This document shows, one piece after another, positions 10,570-21,960 of a stretch of 64,000 nt of DNA. How positions within the stretch are numbered: position 1 is the first letter of the stretch; the number at the start of each line of letters is the position of its first letter. The translations under genes and the position numbers were made by a program. The notes under the pieces were generated by a model. That model was not told the DNA's origin, made no database searches, and saw only the letters and a list, made by a program, of their open reading frames with translations. Where the stretch lies: positions 20,832,001 to 20,896,000 of the forward strand of contig CDPCPM010000014.1 of the NCBI GenBank assembly GCA_976551045.1. The letters run 5' to 3'. The stretch comes from Glaucostegus cemiculus. Taxonomy: Eukaryota.

Positions 10570-10821
10570 ATGAGTGACAGCGCCGAGCCGCCGCTCCGCA
10601 CAGCCGCAGGCAGCAGCCCCAGCCCCAGCCCCAGCCCCAGCCCCAGCCCAGCCGCCCTTGCCGTCAGCAGCCGTCCCGTCCCTGCCCCGGTAGAGCAGCA
10701 AGCGGAGGGCGGCGGGCGCCTCGCAGCCCTTGTAAAATGTGACAGGATGACACAGGAGAAAAAAAGAACAAGCCGCACCGTCACGCTGGCTAAAAAGATT
10801 ATCATGAGAGATCCATCTGCA
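10570..10821 (+). CDS. MFSD14B: MFSD14B (HIATL1) coding exon 1; in-frame starts at 10570 and 10747
   Basis: MTQEKKRTSRTVTLAKKIIMRDPSA resembles the HIAT1-family N-terminus (human MFSD14A MTQGKKKKRAANRSIMLAKKIIIKD, from recall). Donor GCA|GTAAGT at 10821/10822, phase 0, compatible with exon 2. Confidence 0.85.
10615..10650 (+). repeat. (AGCCCC)5+ hexamer repeat encoding (Ser-Pro)6; (GGGGCT)n on the minus strand
   Basis: Read directly from the sequence. Confidence 0.95.
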
Positions 10822-12469
10822 GTAAGTAGTCAATATTTCACCACCGATTTATCATAACATTTGGATGTTTTGGAAATTTGCCGAAATTGGGTCTTGCTCA
10901 TTCAGACGTTGTGATATGGTGGACATAAATCTCGTCGTATTTTCTGTAAAAATAAAAACTTGTCTTGTTCAAGACTCGTGGCTTTTGTAACCGTTAACGA
11001 CTTTTTAAATGGCTGATGGGTCGCAAAAAAGCTCGTCGTCGTCGTCCTCCTCCTCCTCCTCCCCCCACAATTAGCTCCGAACTTCACTATTCCCGGAATT
11101 GGTATCGAAACGTTTGCAAAGGATTTCTTTCAAGTTTTAGCGACTTGACCCAGTTTTTAATAATCGGCTGTCGTTAGGAAAATAAATTCCGGTTTTGCTA
11201 GCTGGCTTCTCTTTGGACCGACATCCCAAAGGCCTTGTATCTTTTGTTTTACTGCATTAAGGATTAAAAGTGTAACAAAGAACTTGAAGAATTCTTCCGC
11301 TGGAGAGAATGGTCGCGTGTCCCATTATTAGTGTTTCCACTTCTTCTTTTGTCCCACTTTCGTTCTGAGTATAAGTGATTACATACTAAGTGTTGAGTGT
11401 CAGTTTATGGAAATTCTGGGACAAATGCAAGTAGATGTTGACTAGATAAGCCAATGGTTCAAAGCAAGTAAACTTTGTTGATAAAATCGCATAACATTTG
11501 CTGTCGACTCAAGTCAAAAAACTAAAATATTTTAAATTTCATAGACGCACTTGTGCTGTTTGTTGTTGCTGGCAAATTCCAAACTTTTAATAGTATTTAG
11601 CTGAACACCAGCAATACAATGTTGGAATCCTTATCCCAACTTTCTTTTAGACACTCCTATTTGGTACTTCATGCCGTGATGTCCAGAAACCTGGATACTC
11701 AAGTTGCTTCGGATGTCTTGGATTCCTGTAACCGTCATCCTATCTAAATTTCCTTGGTTTCTCAGCAGCTGAGTATCGTGAAGAGGGTTTCTGTCCTTGA
11801 GTGACATAAGAAATTTATTTTTTTGTGATACGGCTTCGCTTTGCTTGCTGGTATCACGAATGCACATATCGTTGGAAGGGTGTGGTTTGTGAAACTGGAA
11901 CAAAAGTACTAAAAGCAGACTAGAATCATAATTTGAAGGTGCCTTTGTGAATAAGTAGGCCATAAGACTTATTATTTAATAAAATAATATCTTATTAATA
12001 TGCAGCTGTTAAATTGGATTGTTTTAAATAAATCTAACCTGCCTCTTTTGGGATTACAGTTAAAATAACCAACTGCAGAATCAGGACGCGATTAATTCAG
12101 TAAATTGCAGTGTAGTAATATTGTTTAAATGTTGCTAAATAGGATGGAGTGGCAACTTTCCAAAACAATAAATCTTTTGTAATTGTTGAAATAGGACATA
12201 GAACGTAGAGGAGGTTATCAAAACATGACATCATTGAACACCTGGGATCTGGTGATTGTACAAGCTTTGTTTGGAGTCTTATCATCTGAAAGTATTATTA
12301 AGTTTTAGGCTCAAAATTTCCTCCAAAATTTCCAATATTCTCTTTTTAAATTTGGTATAACTATGACTAGAGCTGCAATCCAGTTTACCACTTGGTATCT
12401 TTTGCTATAGTTTTATGTATGAAATAAATTATTTATTGTAATTATACATAGTTTTAATCCCATCAGCTC

Positions 12470-12790
12470 AATTCCCATCTCACCTATTCTATGACTGTAA
12501 ACTCCCCATCCACCTGTGATAGAGGCTGTCCTTGGGATGATCTTTACAGTAGCCAATTTAATGAGACTCAAAAAAATTGCAGGTGCTGGAAGTCTAAAAT
12601 AAGAGTAGAAAATGCTGATAATTTACAGTAGCCAATTAACCAGCTGATCTTTGGGATGTGAAGGAAATTGAAAGACCCAGGGTAACACACTCAGTCACGG
12701 AGAATGTGCACACTCCACAGACAACTCAATCAGGAGCCAACTCAGTTTGCTGGAATAGTGAGGCAGCATCACTACCTGCTGCACTGCTGA
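12470..12790 (-). mobile_element. V-SINE/HE1-like SINE relic (with a PLE-end fragment inside)
   Basis: TCTTTGGGATGTG..GAAA..GAGAATGTGCACACTCCACAGACA is the reverse complement of the SINE core at 3000-3100. Confidence 0.6.
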
Positions 12791-13927
12791 CACTTTTTTT
12801 TGGAGGCGGTTCTGTGTAATTGGGCATATAGTTTTCTGCTACAATATCCTGGTCTCCAAAGAAGGGAGGATACTTCTGACTGTGTTTTACCCTTGGAATA
12901 CATGCACATACATTTGTGTTTGTACTGTATATTACTATTTATATATAAAACTTAGATCTTCTGTATTCTTTATTCAAGATTCAGGGGACTTCAGGGCTAT
13001 GATTAGCATTTTTTTTGTGAAGTTTTACCTGAGCTATAATCCTTGGATCTAATGTTAAAACATTAAGTTGTCACACAGATGCATTTCTAATTTCCTATGC
13101 CAGCTGTCCCTGTGGTGTTTGTAACTTCGCTCTAACTCTTTGGCTGTTCCACACTTATTTCCTCATTAAGGAAGAATACAAGAGCAAACTTGAGTGTGTT
13201 TGTTTCTTTCTGTTTTTATTCACATCTTCTCTTTGGCTCATTTGTAGCCAGGAACTTGTACAAGAGCCTATTTTAGTTATGTGTGTTTTTTTGATGCATC
13301 ACCTTGTAATCTGTTGGCAAGTTCTCTGTTGTACCTTGTAATTAAAATATTGTGATGTGTTGGCTATGATTAAGGCTCAAACATTGCCAGGCAGCACCCT
13401 GTGAATTTTTGTCCATGGAATGGAATGCAGGCATACTCCTGGTGACTAAGATCCAGTTTGGAAGTGCACCTTTACAAAATTGGTTTTCAAGTGCTGACCT
13501 AAGCTCATTGAATTAAAACTGTTTGCCAATTTTGACACTTTGGAAAGTGTTATGGATCATAACTTTTATCCAGTTTTATACCTTTCAAGACAAAGTACAA
13601 TGTTTTATAACTTTACAAATAAAATGTTTGAATTTAGTGTGAGCTTGTTACATGCTTGAAAATTTACACAATCTTCAGTACTCTAGAATTTTGGGAGAAA
13701 AATAGCTTGTGAAAGCTGGCTGGGAATACTTGTTTCTCTGTTTTATGATTTCTAAAATGTTACGTGTTGGCCACGATTAAGTCTCAATTCCATATTGATG
13801 ATCTGGTACTGACAATTCCATGTATTAAACTCTGAAGGATGAATTGATCTTGGATTGGGTGCAGTACAGATTCATGAGAGTGATACTGGGTGTAAATTGA
13901 TTGAATAATTAAAAGTTGTGGAATTAA

Positions 13928-15460
13928 GATGATGTTAAGGAGTCCCTTGTGATTGAGGATAACTTGCTTCCTTACTGGTTACCTTAGAACCCATAGGCTA
14001 ACAGGGCGTTTGCAGAGTCGACCATTATGGGGTGGTCAAGTTGGTTGTATGAGATGATGTACTCCCACTATTTACAGTGGACTTCTGTGTGCTCCTGTTG
14101 TATTGGATCCTGGGTTCTCAGTGCTGTCCAAAATGCTGTTTCTCTAATATGATTGGTGGTGAGCCAGGAATTCCCAAGCATCAATGAGGATGTTGATTTT
14201 TTTTTTGCTTTGAGAACATCCTGGAATATTTTCCTCCATCCACCTGGTAAATTATTCTTGTGACAGTGTTCAGAGTAGTCTGTTTCAAATGTCTGGTGTT
14301 AGACATATGAATGACGAGGCCATCCAATGCAGGTGACTGAGCATAATTAGGACCTGGTCACTGGGGCTGTTGGCCTGGCCTGGAAGAGGACATCGATGGT
14401 GGTTCACTTATCCTGCGAGTGGATTTATTGGATTTTACAGGAATATCATTGGTGGTATCTCTCCAAAGCTTTGAGGTGCCATCTAAATAAATAGTCCAGG
14501 TCTTGGAAGCTTATAGGATGGTAGGGTACAGTACTGCCTAGTACACCATGAGGTTTGCACTGGGTTTGAATTCTTGATCATCAGGCATCCAGATGCTATG
14601 CTGGTGCATTGAAGGCAACAGTGAACTTCATTGATTTCTGCTTTTGGTGAGAGGTGGCTCCCAGTATATTGTTCATGTTTTCCAAGGTCTTGTCAAGGAC
14701 TTTTTTTTTGGAGACTGATGTTGTATAGCAGGGATAAATTGTTAGAGGGAGCTTGCCTTGGCTTCATCAACTATAAAGGCCATCCCCTTGTATGCATCAG
14801 TGAATGAGTCAGATGACTTGGAATTTAGCCTCACAGACACAAGTAATTGCATGCTGTAGCATGGCTACCAAGCTTGGGGTGATTGTGGTTTTGGAATAAA
14901 GATGAAGGTTCAACAGTTTCTGATTTGTGCTGTAGATTAATTTAACTCCAGGAATCTTATTGGAGATGATGTGCAGCATTGTAGCAAGAAAGATTGAAAG
15001 TGCTGGGGTGATGATACAGCCTAGATTAGATTTCATTTGGACTAACTAGTTAGGATCATAGCTTGCATGCTATCATGAAGCAAATGTAAATTGAAGATGA
15101 ATTTTTGCAGGCAGCTAAATTTGAGGAAGGTGCTCCATAGTTCTTCCTGGTTGTTGGGGTTAAAGGCTTTAATGAGGTCAACAGAAGTTTTGTGTGGTGG
15201 TTGGTGCTTGTCCAGGCATTGTAGCATTTTGAGCATCATGTCCACAGTAACTCTAGACAGATGGGATCAACACTGCAATTTGGGGAGCAGCAGTTCTGTG
15301 GCAGGGAGGAGGTGGGTGAGGAGGACTCTGAGGATGAATTTCCCTGTGGCAGTTACTGCAGATGGATTTGTCTCCTTGAGGGTATCAGAATAAGTTTGGC
15401 TGAATTCTTTCTGGAAAAAATCTTGCTTTGCTTTCAGTTCTTCTTGTTTTCATTATCTGA
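13928..15460 (-). mobile_element. Degenerate RTE-clade LINE, same family as 1030-3892
   Basis: ORF 14809-15036 (GCIITPALSIFLATMLHIISNKIPGVKLIYSTNQKLLNL) and ORF 15042-15245 (VDLIKAFN..EELWSTFLKFSC..LHLLHDSMQA). Confidence 0.75.
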
Positions 15461-16099
15461 GAATGGAGGTTACAGGACTATTGTGTGGTTTAATAAACCT
15501 ACTTAATTTACAAATCAGTGCTATATATCAACAATGTGATCTTTTGGTACCCAAATTGGCCATTCCTATTGTCAATTCACAGTTAGTGTCATGCGTACCT
15601 AATGTACAGGCAAAGTTATCCAGTAAAAGCAATTTTTTTTCCCTCCACCCCTCCCTCCCATGTTACAGCTGTTCAGGTAACTAAGACTTGCCCTTGCAGA
15701 ATTAACAAATCACAACCCAAAAATTTGAGATACAGAATTTAGTGGGATGCCGTTGGGGGGGGGGGGGGGGAGTGGAGTGGTGAGGGAAGAGTAGATAAGC
15801 ATAAACTTCTTTTTTCAACTCTATTTTCCTGACGTTTGACGTGTGTGCAGATGCTGTGATATGGCATCTGAAAATTGTGATACGGACCGTTTTCTGGGAA
15901 TGCAACACACCATAACACCTGGTTCACCTGTATAAGATCACAGGTTTGCAAATCGCCATGGAGAGCAGCATCACTACCATTAATCTGAGCTGGATTACAG
16001 CCAGATGTAAAGAAAGTTTCCTAATATATGCACTATCCAGTTACTCTTGAATCCAGTAATATCAGTGGTTATTGTTGAAGGGTGTAAAGCAAAAAATAA

Positions 16100-16995
16100 A
16101 TGCAGAAAGTTTTTTTTATTAATTTTGGGGGTTATAGGTTTCATTGAAAAGGTGACCATTTATTGATCTACCCTGGTGGTGAGTCACCTTCATAAACTTG
16201 CAGTCTTTCATGCTGTTGGGTGGGAGCTTCAGGATTTAGGCCCAATGACAATGAAAGACCAGTGAAATATTCCAAGTCACGATGGGAACTTGTTCTCATA
16301 ACCACAATATTTACATGACTGCTCCAGTTGAGTTTCTGGCCAATGGTGATCCCCAGAATTTGATAGTGGGTGACTGGTTTATGGTAATGCCATTGAATAT
16401 CAAAAATAGCTGGTTAGACTTTCTCTTGGAGGAGATGGTTATTGTGTGGCACTTTTGAAGTGCAGGTTTTTTTTTTCTTTTTCTTTTTTTATAATTTATA
16501 ATTTTTTTTTGTTAAACCTCCCCCCCCCCCTTCGAAGTGCAGTTATTATATGCCATTTAACCCATTCCTAAATATTGTAAAGGTCTTGCTGCATGCAGGC
16601 ATGAACTGTTCCTTTGCTTGAGGAGTTGCAAATGGAATTGAACTTCATACAGTCATCAGCAAACAACCACATTTTTGGAAAGAAATTTGAGAACCAGGAA
16701 TCACAATAAGAATGTGCAAACTCCACACGGGCAGCACTCAGGATCAAACCCAGGTCGCTGAAGCTGCACCACCATGCCAACCTCATGTAAACTGCCTATA
16801 TTCCTTTTTAGACAATTGTGCTCTCATAGCTCATTCATCCACTCTCTCTGTCCATTGTTATTAATATAAATTCTGAAATAGTTGAGAGCCCAGTACTGAT
16901 CCTTAGGACACCCTCCAAGGTGTTAGCCTTCCAACCTGAAAATTGTCCTTTTAGCCAAACTTCTCATTTATTACCCGTGCTCTGTGACTCTACAT
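16100..16995 (-). mobile_element. Old CR1/L2-like fragments with an embedded SINE piece
   Basis: ORF 16568-16786 contains LFADDCMKFNSI..MQQDL (RT core). A SINE head lies at ~16690-16785. Confidence 0.5.
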
Positions 16996-17019
16996 TTCAT
17001 GAAAGGACCTTTTGCCTGT

Positions 17020-17395
17020 CATTGAAGGGTGATCTTACAGAGGTATATAAAATCATGAGGGGTATGGATAGGGTGAATGCACTCTGTCTTTCTCCCAGGT
17101 TTGGAGTATTGAGAACTAGAGGGCATAGGTTTAAGGGGAGTGGTGGAAGCTTTAATAGTGGCAGAGGTGCAACTTTTTTTATACAGAGGGTGATCCACGT
17201 ATGGAATGAGCTGCCAGAGGAAGTGGTTGAGGCTGGTACACTAATAACTTTTAAAAGACAGTTGGATAGGTACGTGGATAGGAAATGTTTAGAAGGATAT
17301 GGGCCAAACATGGTCAAATAGGACTAGCTTGGATAGGCATCGTGGTCTGCATGAGTCAGTTGGGCCGAAGGGCCTGTTTCCATGCTGTATGACTT
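17020..17395 (+). mobile_element. CR1 LINE 3' end
   Basis: LKGDLTEVYKIMRGMDRV..RTRGHRFK..FFIQRVIHVWNELPEEVVEAGT, plus the CR1 3' UTR GGGCCGAAGGGCCTGTTTCC. Confidence 0.85.
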
Positions 17396-20299
17396 TATCT
17401 GAAAACTCCAGTGTACTTCATCCAGTGGTTGCCCTCCTCTATCATGCTAGTTACATTTCAAGTAGACCTTGTGCACCCTTTTCCATTGATAAAACCATGT
17501 TGACCCTTAAGGAAGTGATCTTATTCAAATACCTTATCGCCACTTTAAGAATGGATTACAGCAGTTTCCTGTTAACTTTTATTAGTTTAACTATGTTATG
17601 GTTCTGATATTTCTCTCTTCTGTCTTGAACTGTAAGTTTAGCCTTTATTTTTGGAATTTTGTTCATCATTCTGACATTTCCTTTCCATTCTAAGCTAGTT
17701 GATCTCAAAGCTGAAAGCATACATGGTTGTCCACTTGTGCTAAGTTAGACATGTTTTGGTGCTGTTGTAATTTGTCCATTAGGAATAGCACTGCATAAAT
17801 TTGAGCTGTATAATTCCTTTGAAACTAGCAGACATTTCATCAATTAATCCATTTTGGAAATATGAAAGGTCCCAATATCTGCCACTGCCCCCCTTGTTAT
17901 CTCTAATCATTTGCAGTTCAAATGGTAAAATGTATATAACTAGTACGAAGTACTGTAGTTCATTGAAGTGATGGGTGATAAGCATTTTCAGCTTGAAAAA
18001 GACTAGCCACTTCCTCTGCTGTTTAATGACACTACCATTTCCAACCAACAAAATCTTGATGCTCATCACTAACCAGAAGCTTAACTGGACCAGTTACATA
18101 GTCTGTTACTCTAAAAGAATGACCTGCCTCTGCAGTCCTTGATCTCTTGAAACTTTTCCACTATTTACAGAGTTGAAAATGGGAATGTGATATATTTGTC
18201 ACTCAATGGATGGCAACAATAATGATATTCATATTTTGCCTCCATAACATCCTTACTACTGAATACAAAATACATGCTCTCCACCACGGATGCACTTTAA
18301 TTCTACACTACAGTTTTTTATGATTTCACAACCAATCACTACATTTACTGATTTTGAGATCATAAGGTATGGGTCTGTAAATAAAGACTGTTCTTTATGA
18401 GGAACAGCTGCATTGTCATAGCAGGTAGCCACTTGACTCAAGTGGTTTGGAAATTGATCACCATAGTGTACAATACCATGAATGGTTGCTCAATGTATTC
18501 ATGCATATAAATATATTTGCTCTATATAACATGTCTTTGAATTTGAGGATGGTTGATCAGAGGTTCTAGAAGCATATTAAGACCACCTTGAGACAGTTGA
18601 AGACTTAACTGGATTTCAGTCAAGTTGTTGCCTCAAGACATGTTCACTATATTTTACAAGGCCATGATTAGCACTGAACCTGTCTATGTATAAAGATACT
18701 ATTGGGACTCAGGAAATGTTCCTCATTGAACAATCTGTTTGGTTCCCTCCAAGTTCTTTCTTGTGGTTCTACAGATTAGTTTTCTATTCAATTTTCTTTT
18801 GAAAGTCCTTCATAAAACTATGTTGATGCTATTTAACTTAGGATTCTAAGTGTCCTTAATCATAGTTATTGGCAAAATGTTGGAATCTGATGTCAGGCTA
18901 ATGGGTCCATAGTTCTCTTTTTGCCCCTCCCCTCCTTGCTCATGGCGGCATTGCACTACTTTCCAAACCACTGGAACCGTTCCTGAAGTTGATTGTCTCT
19001 GGTGCATCAGCTTTTTCTGCAGGCACCTCTCTTGGCACCCAGGATGGAAGCCATTAGCTTAGGGGTTTGACTGCTTCTAATTTTTTCAGAAATTTCATTG
19101 TGATATTAATTTCAGTGTCATTGGACACCAGATTTTCCTCCATTTCTGCAAAATTTGTATATTTTGCAAAATATTTTTTATAACCTTGGACATTTCTTTA
19201 GTGCTCTATAATTTCTTTTGCCAGTGTCTCTATAGACTTGCATTAACTTTTGTTATACTCTTCTTTCATTTGCATAACTATAGAAGCTACTTAATCATTA
19301 TTATAATTTTTTGCAGTTTTACTTCCATAATTTACTTTCTGTTTCAATTTTTTTTGGTCATCATTGCTGCTTTCTAGAATAAACCTCCCAGTCATATGCT
19401 TACTACTCTTCATTGCACCATTTATAAGTGCTTAACCCAATACTTTCTTTAACCTCCTCAGCTGGATCACTTTATTCATTGAGTTTTCTCTCTTAATTAT
19501 TTGTAAGATTACTAATTAACACTGTTTCATTATTCAAAATCAGGTAAAGGTAGATCTTGAATGAACAGGCTACTTGGTACTTTGTTTGAACTTGCTAGGA
19601 AAGCATGTTCCACTTTGTCAATTACTGACAAGTTAATTGCTGGTTTCTTTCTTCTGGATGCATGTTATGATTGTACTGTACAGTTGTTTGGGGTTTTCCA
19701 GAGTTGGTTGAATTTGGAGAAGTCGCAGGTAGTGTAACAATTGATAGAGGACTTCTTGAAGGGTCTTGACAAACCAGATTTAGAGCAACATGCAGGACAA
19801 CTGAATTTAATTAAGGACTTGCTGAAAACTGCCATCTCCTGCAATCGCACAGCAGAATAAGGATCATGTTGTCAATGGCTGTCAAAATGAACAAGGCAAT
19901 TAAATTTTCTGTCTTGCTTCCATGTGCAGTATTGTCATTTGAATTTCCAGTTAGGCACTTGCTATATTTCATTAACTTTCATCTGGGACCATTAGGCAGA
20001 GAGAACATATGGTTTTGTCAGGATTGCAGACTGCACTTTATTTTGTGGGCACAGCATCTCAACAATGGCTCATGACAGAATTGATTTTTGAAATGCAGCA
20101 TCTAATCATTGTTTATGTAGTGATTACTGTGCACCAAACTGGGCAGGCCAGCAGCATGCATCCTGAGCGTGCATTCATTTTCACTCTGCCACAGTCTGCA
20201 AAGCCAGCTGCATCTGAGCCACCTGAAGCAATTCATAGTACATCTACTGGGTAAAGAGAACATGGTTAATGGCTTCTAGTTGCACTCAAGCTCGTGTCT

Positions 20300-20540
20300 A
20301 TCAAAGCCAAGCTGACATATGAAATGTGATCGAGTATACCATTGCCACGATGCTATACTTGACTACCTGGATGATTCTAGAGGAGCTATGCAATACACAG
20401 CAATGTGGATATTAAGATCCATTGGGACTTATTACATAGTACCAAACCTTGTTAATGTGCAGACACAGCAATTGCCACAAGTGGTACAACAATCATCTGA
20501 AGGGCAAGAAGAACTGGATAAGGTAACCTGGAGAGCCATC
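20300..20540 (+). mobile_element. Possible fossil Myb/SANT-like DNA-binding ORF of a PIF/Harbinger element
   Basis: Broken translation HDAILDYLDDSRG..CRHSNCHKWYNNHL weakly resembles Harbinger Myb/SANT motifs (F.D..LE.L...V..R and R...QC.K..N.L). Confidence 0.3.
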
Positions 20541-21379
20541 TTTCTGTACAGATTGTTTATGGAAAAATTCCTCCTCTTCCAGTGAACACAACCTAATTTC
20601 CTGATATCCCACACCTTACCTTCTGTCATAGTATCTTGTTGGTCTAGTGGAAGACTAAAAGCTGCAATAAAAAAGAGATTCAAAAGTTAAATCATGCCAT
20701 ATTTCAAATGGTCCATTAATCAATGTGTTCTTGTCTTTAGTGGGGATTTTAACAAATTATAATTTTATTAATTTATATGTAACTGAAATATCTGTGTGCA
20801 TTTTGCTTGCAGTAATGGGCTTGTGGATTATTACCACAGTGGTGCATGATCACTGGTAGAAAGCCGTTGATTTGCCATGGATGACACTACAGGTGGCTTT
20901 AGGGGATTGCCTTAAATAGTGTTGGGTAGGGAAGGACTGCTGCAGACTGCATAATCTCTGTTGGGGGCCAAGGGAGTGGGCTGGCTGCATGCAACAACAA
21001 TATTGACAGAACAGAAGAACAAATGGTCTTGAAAGAAAAACTACTTTTGCTCCACAAAATGACTGCTGCTAGAGCTGCCTCTGATGTCTTTGTACTGTAT
21101 TGAGGGACAGATTGCTAGTATACTTTTGTAGTCTACAAGCCCCAATTACAAATGGATGTCATCTACGTGACAGCAATGTGAGTTTCTACTTCACTGGGAG
21201 ATAGAGTGGTTTTTGCTTATGCTAAAATGAAGTTGAGATATTAGTCATTGGACATTGCATCATGTTTAGGCCATTGAGTATATAAATTAAATTAAGTTAT
21301 AAATTAGTAAGGTTGGGTTCCAAGGTTTGTGCAAAGACGTATGCTGAACTCCTTGTCTTTAGACAGTGAACATTAAATT

Positions 21380-21960
21380 TCTAGCAAACTTCCCAATGGT
21401 TCTTGCTGCACCTTTACCCAGGTCTTTGAGACTTGACTCCTATCTTTGATCACTTGGGGCCATCTGCACCCACCTTTGGCTGTGAATATATCTGAAGTGG
21501 TTCTGTCTCTGTGGATTCTAGACAAACCACCAAGATCTCTAGTGAGGTATTGAAAATACACCACCCACTCCCTTTTGTATTGTGCCATTCTTCAGCCTTT
21601 TCCAAGTTGCCTTCAGTTTGTAGAGTGCCTGTGAATGCCTATTCTTGCCCTAAAGTACCTTGGGAAGCAAACTCAGTATCTGTAGTATTTAGCCCCAGTG
21701 TGGTGTTGGGCAGCTTTTTCCTGGACACACATTTAGGCAGGGCATTTTGAAGAAATGGACATCCATGCCCACATGAGGGGGGAAGAAAGTCTGTGTTTGG
21801 CCAAGAGTGATATCGAGAAGCCGTAGTCAAACTAATTCTCTCCAGCTGCTTCTTCAGTGCCCTTCCTTCCGTCATAAGGTCAAAAGTGGGGTGTTTGCTG
21901 CATGTTCAGTTTCTTTCACCGCAAATGAAACAGCCCATATCTGCATGCAGCAAGACCAGT
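21380..21960 (-). mobile_element. Degenerate Tx1/L1-clade LINE fragment
   Basis: The minus strand resembles the C-terminal region of Tx1-like elements (compare 47660-48470). No intact ORF. Confidence 0.35.

Larger units (their letters stand above)
10410..11230 (+). promoter_or_regulatory. CpG island / promoter and first-exon region of MFSD14B
   Basis: Abrupt GC- and CpG-rich stretch in an otherwise CpG-depleted window. E-box GTCACGTG at 10471-10478 and TCTCGCG at ~10450-10456. Confidence 0.8.

Noticed and set aside
10390-10833. Minus-strand ORFs (147 aa and 120 aa) with GAGAGA/GLGLGL runs
   Set aside because: Antisense shadows of the GC-rich exon 1 and its hexamer repeat; no homology cues.
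15560-15935. Possible Tigger-like element ending ..GGTTCACCTGTA, with a small internal hairpin CAGATGC..GCATCTG
   Set aside because: No convincing matching left TIR, so it is not listed as a feature.
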